Shown one piece after another: positions 63,125-64,000 of a DNA stretch of 64,000 nucleotides; position 1 is the stretch's first letter, and every line of letters begins with the position of its first letter. The notes under the pieces were generated by a model. It did no database searches. It saw only the letters and a program-made list of their open reading frames with translations, and was not told the DNA's origin. Source of the stretch: Podarcis erhardii (Eukaryota); assembly GCA_964252035.1 (NCBI GenBank), contig OZ176205.1; one strand, written 5' to 3'. A program made the translations under genes and the position numbers.

Positions 63125-63911
63125 TGAATCCTGACAAGACAGAAGTACTGTTTTGGGGGGACAGGGGGTGGGCAGGTGTAGAGGACTCCCTGGTCCTGAA
63201 TGGGGTAACTGTGCCCCTGAAGGACCAGGTGCGCAGCCTGGGAGTCATTCTGGACTCACAGCTGTCCATGGAGGCACAGGTCAATTCTGTGTCCAGGGCA
63301 GCTGTTTATCAGCTCCATCTGGTACGCAGGCTGAGACCCTACGTGCCCGCACACTGTCTCACCAGAGTGGTGTATGCTCTAGTTATCTCTCGCTTGGACT
63401 ACTGCAATGTGCTCTATGTGGGGCTACCTTTGAAGGTGACCCGGAAACTACAACTAATCCAGAATGCGGCAGCTAGACTGGTGACTGGGAGCGGCCGCTG
63501 AGACCACATAACACCAGTCTTGAAAGACCTACACTGGCTCCCAGTACGTTTCCGAGCACAATTCAAAGTGTTGGTGCTGACCTTTAAAGCCCTAAACGGC
63601 CTCAGTTCAGTATACCTGAAGGAGCATCTCCACCCCCATTGTTCTACCTGGACACTGAGGACCAGCGCCGAGGGCCTTCTGGTGGTTCCCTCGCTGTGAG
63701 AAGCCAAGTTACAGGGAACCAGGCAGAGGGCCTTCCCGGTAGTGGCACCCACCCTGTGGAATGCCCTCTCACCAGATGTCAAAGAGAAAAATAACTACTA
63801 AACTTTTAGAAGACATCTGAAGGCAGCCCTGTTTAGGGAAGCTTTTAATGTTTAATAGGTTATTGTATTTTAGTGTTCTGTTGGAAGCTGCCCAGAGTGG
63901 CTGGGGAAACT

Positions 63912-63958
<47 letters not shown>
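63125..63958 (+). mobile_element. L2 LINE 3' fragment (about 830 bp) with (AAT)n tail, nested in a palindromic MITE
   Basis: NPDKTEVL...LGVILDSQLSMEAQV...VISRLDYCN...QNAAARLV; in-frame stop at about 63499; tail 63913-63958. Confidence 0.93.
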
Positions 63959-63959
<1 letters not shown>

Positions 63960-64000
63960 TGACCAATAACACCTGGAGGGCCGAGGTTGAGGAAGCCTGG

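Noticed and set aside
55300-64000. First exon of a downstream gene (CHRNA4 expected by synteny)
   Set aside because: No signal-peptide exon or nicotinic-receptor sequence found in any frame

Overview
Eukaryotic (squamate, probably lacertid lizard) genomic DNA containing the 3' half of KCNQ2 (Kv7.2 M-current potassium channel) on the + strand. Nine coding exons were recognised by translation and GT/GC-AG boundaries. They correspond to human exons 9, 10, 11, 13, 14, 15, the alternative exon 15a, 16 and 17, followed by the 3' UTR and downstream intergenic DNA; exon numbering and lengths are recalled from human/rodent KCNQ2. Introns are rich in transposable elements: Sauria SINEs, other tRNA-derived SINEs, L2 and L1-like LINE 3' ends with TSDs, Tc1/mariner- and hAT-type MITEs, and solo LTRs. 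There is one 149-N assembly gap. Almost all ORFs in the supplied track are spurious. The best leads are: (1) an unannotated exon candidate ending at a strong donor (13814), with three competing acceptors, one donated by an antisense L1 fragment that makes it an in-frame 91-aa cassette while the two host acceptors make it a poison exon; (2) a canonical RE1/NRSE (REST) site at 61598-61618; (3) an internal reverse-transcriptase fragment with a 12-bp TSD and no 3' tail; (4) two L1-derived insertions with essentially the same 5' end. No bacterial-type systems, CRISPR arrays or rRNA/tRNA genes were found.
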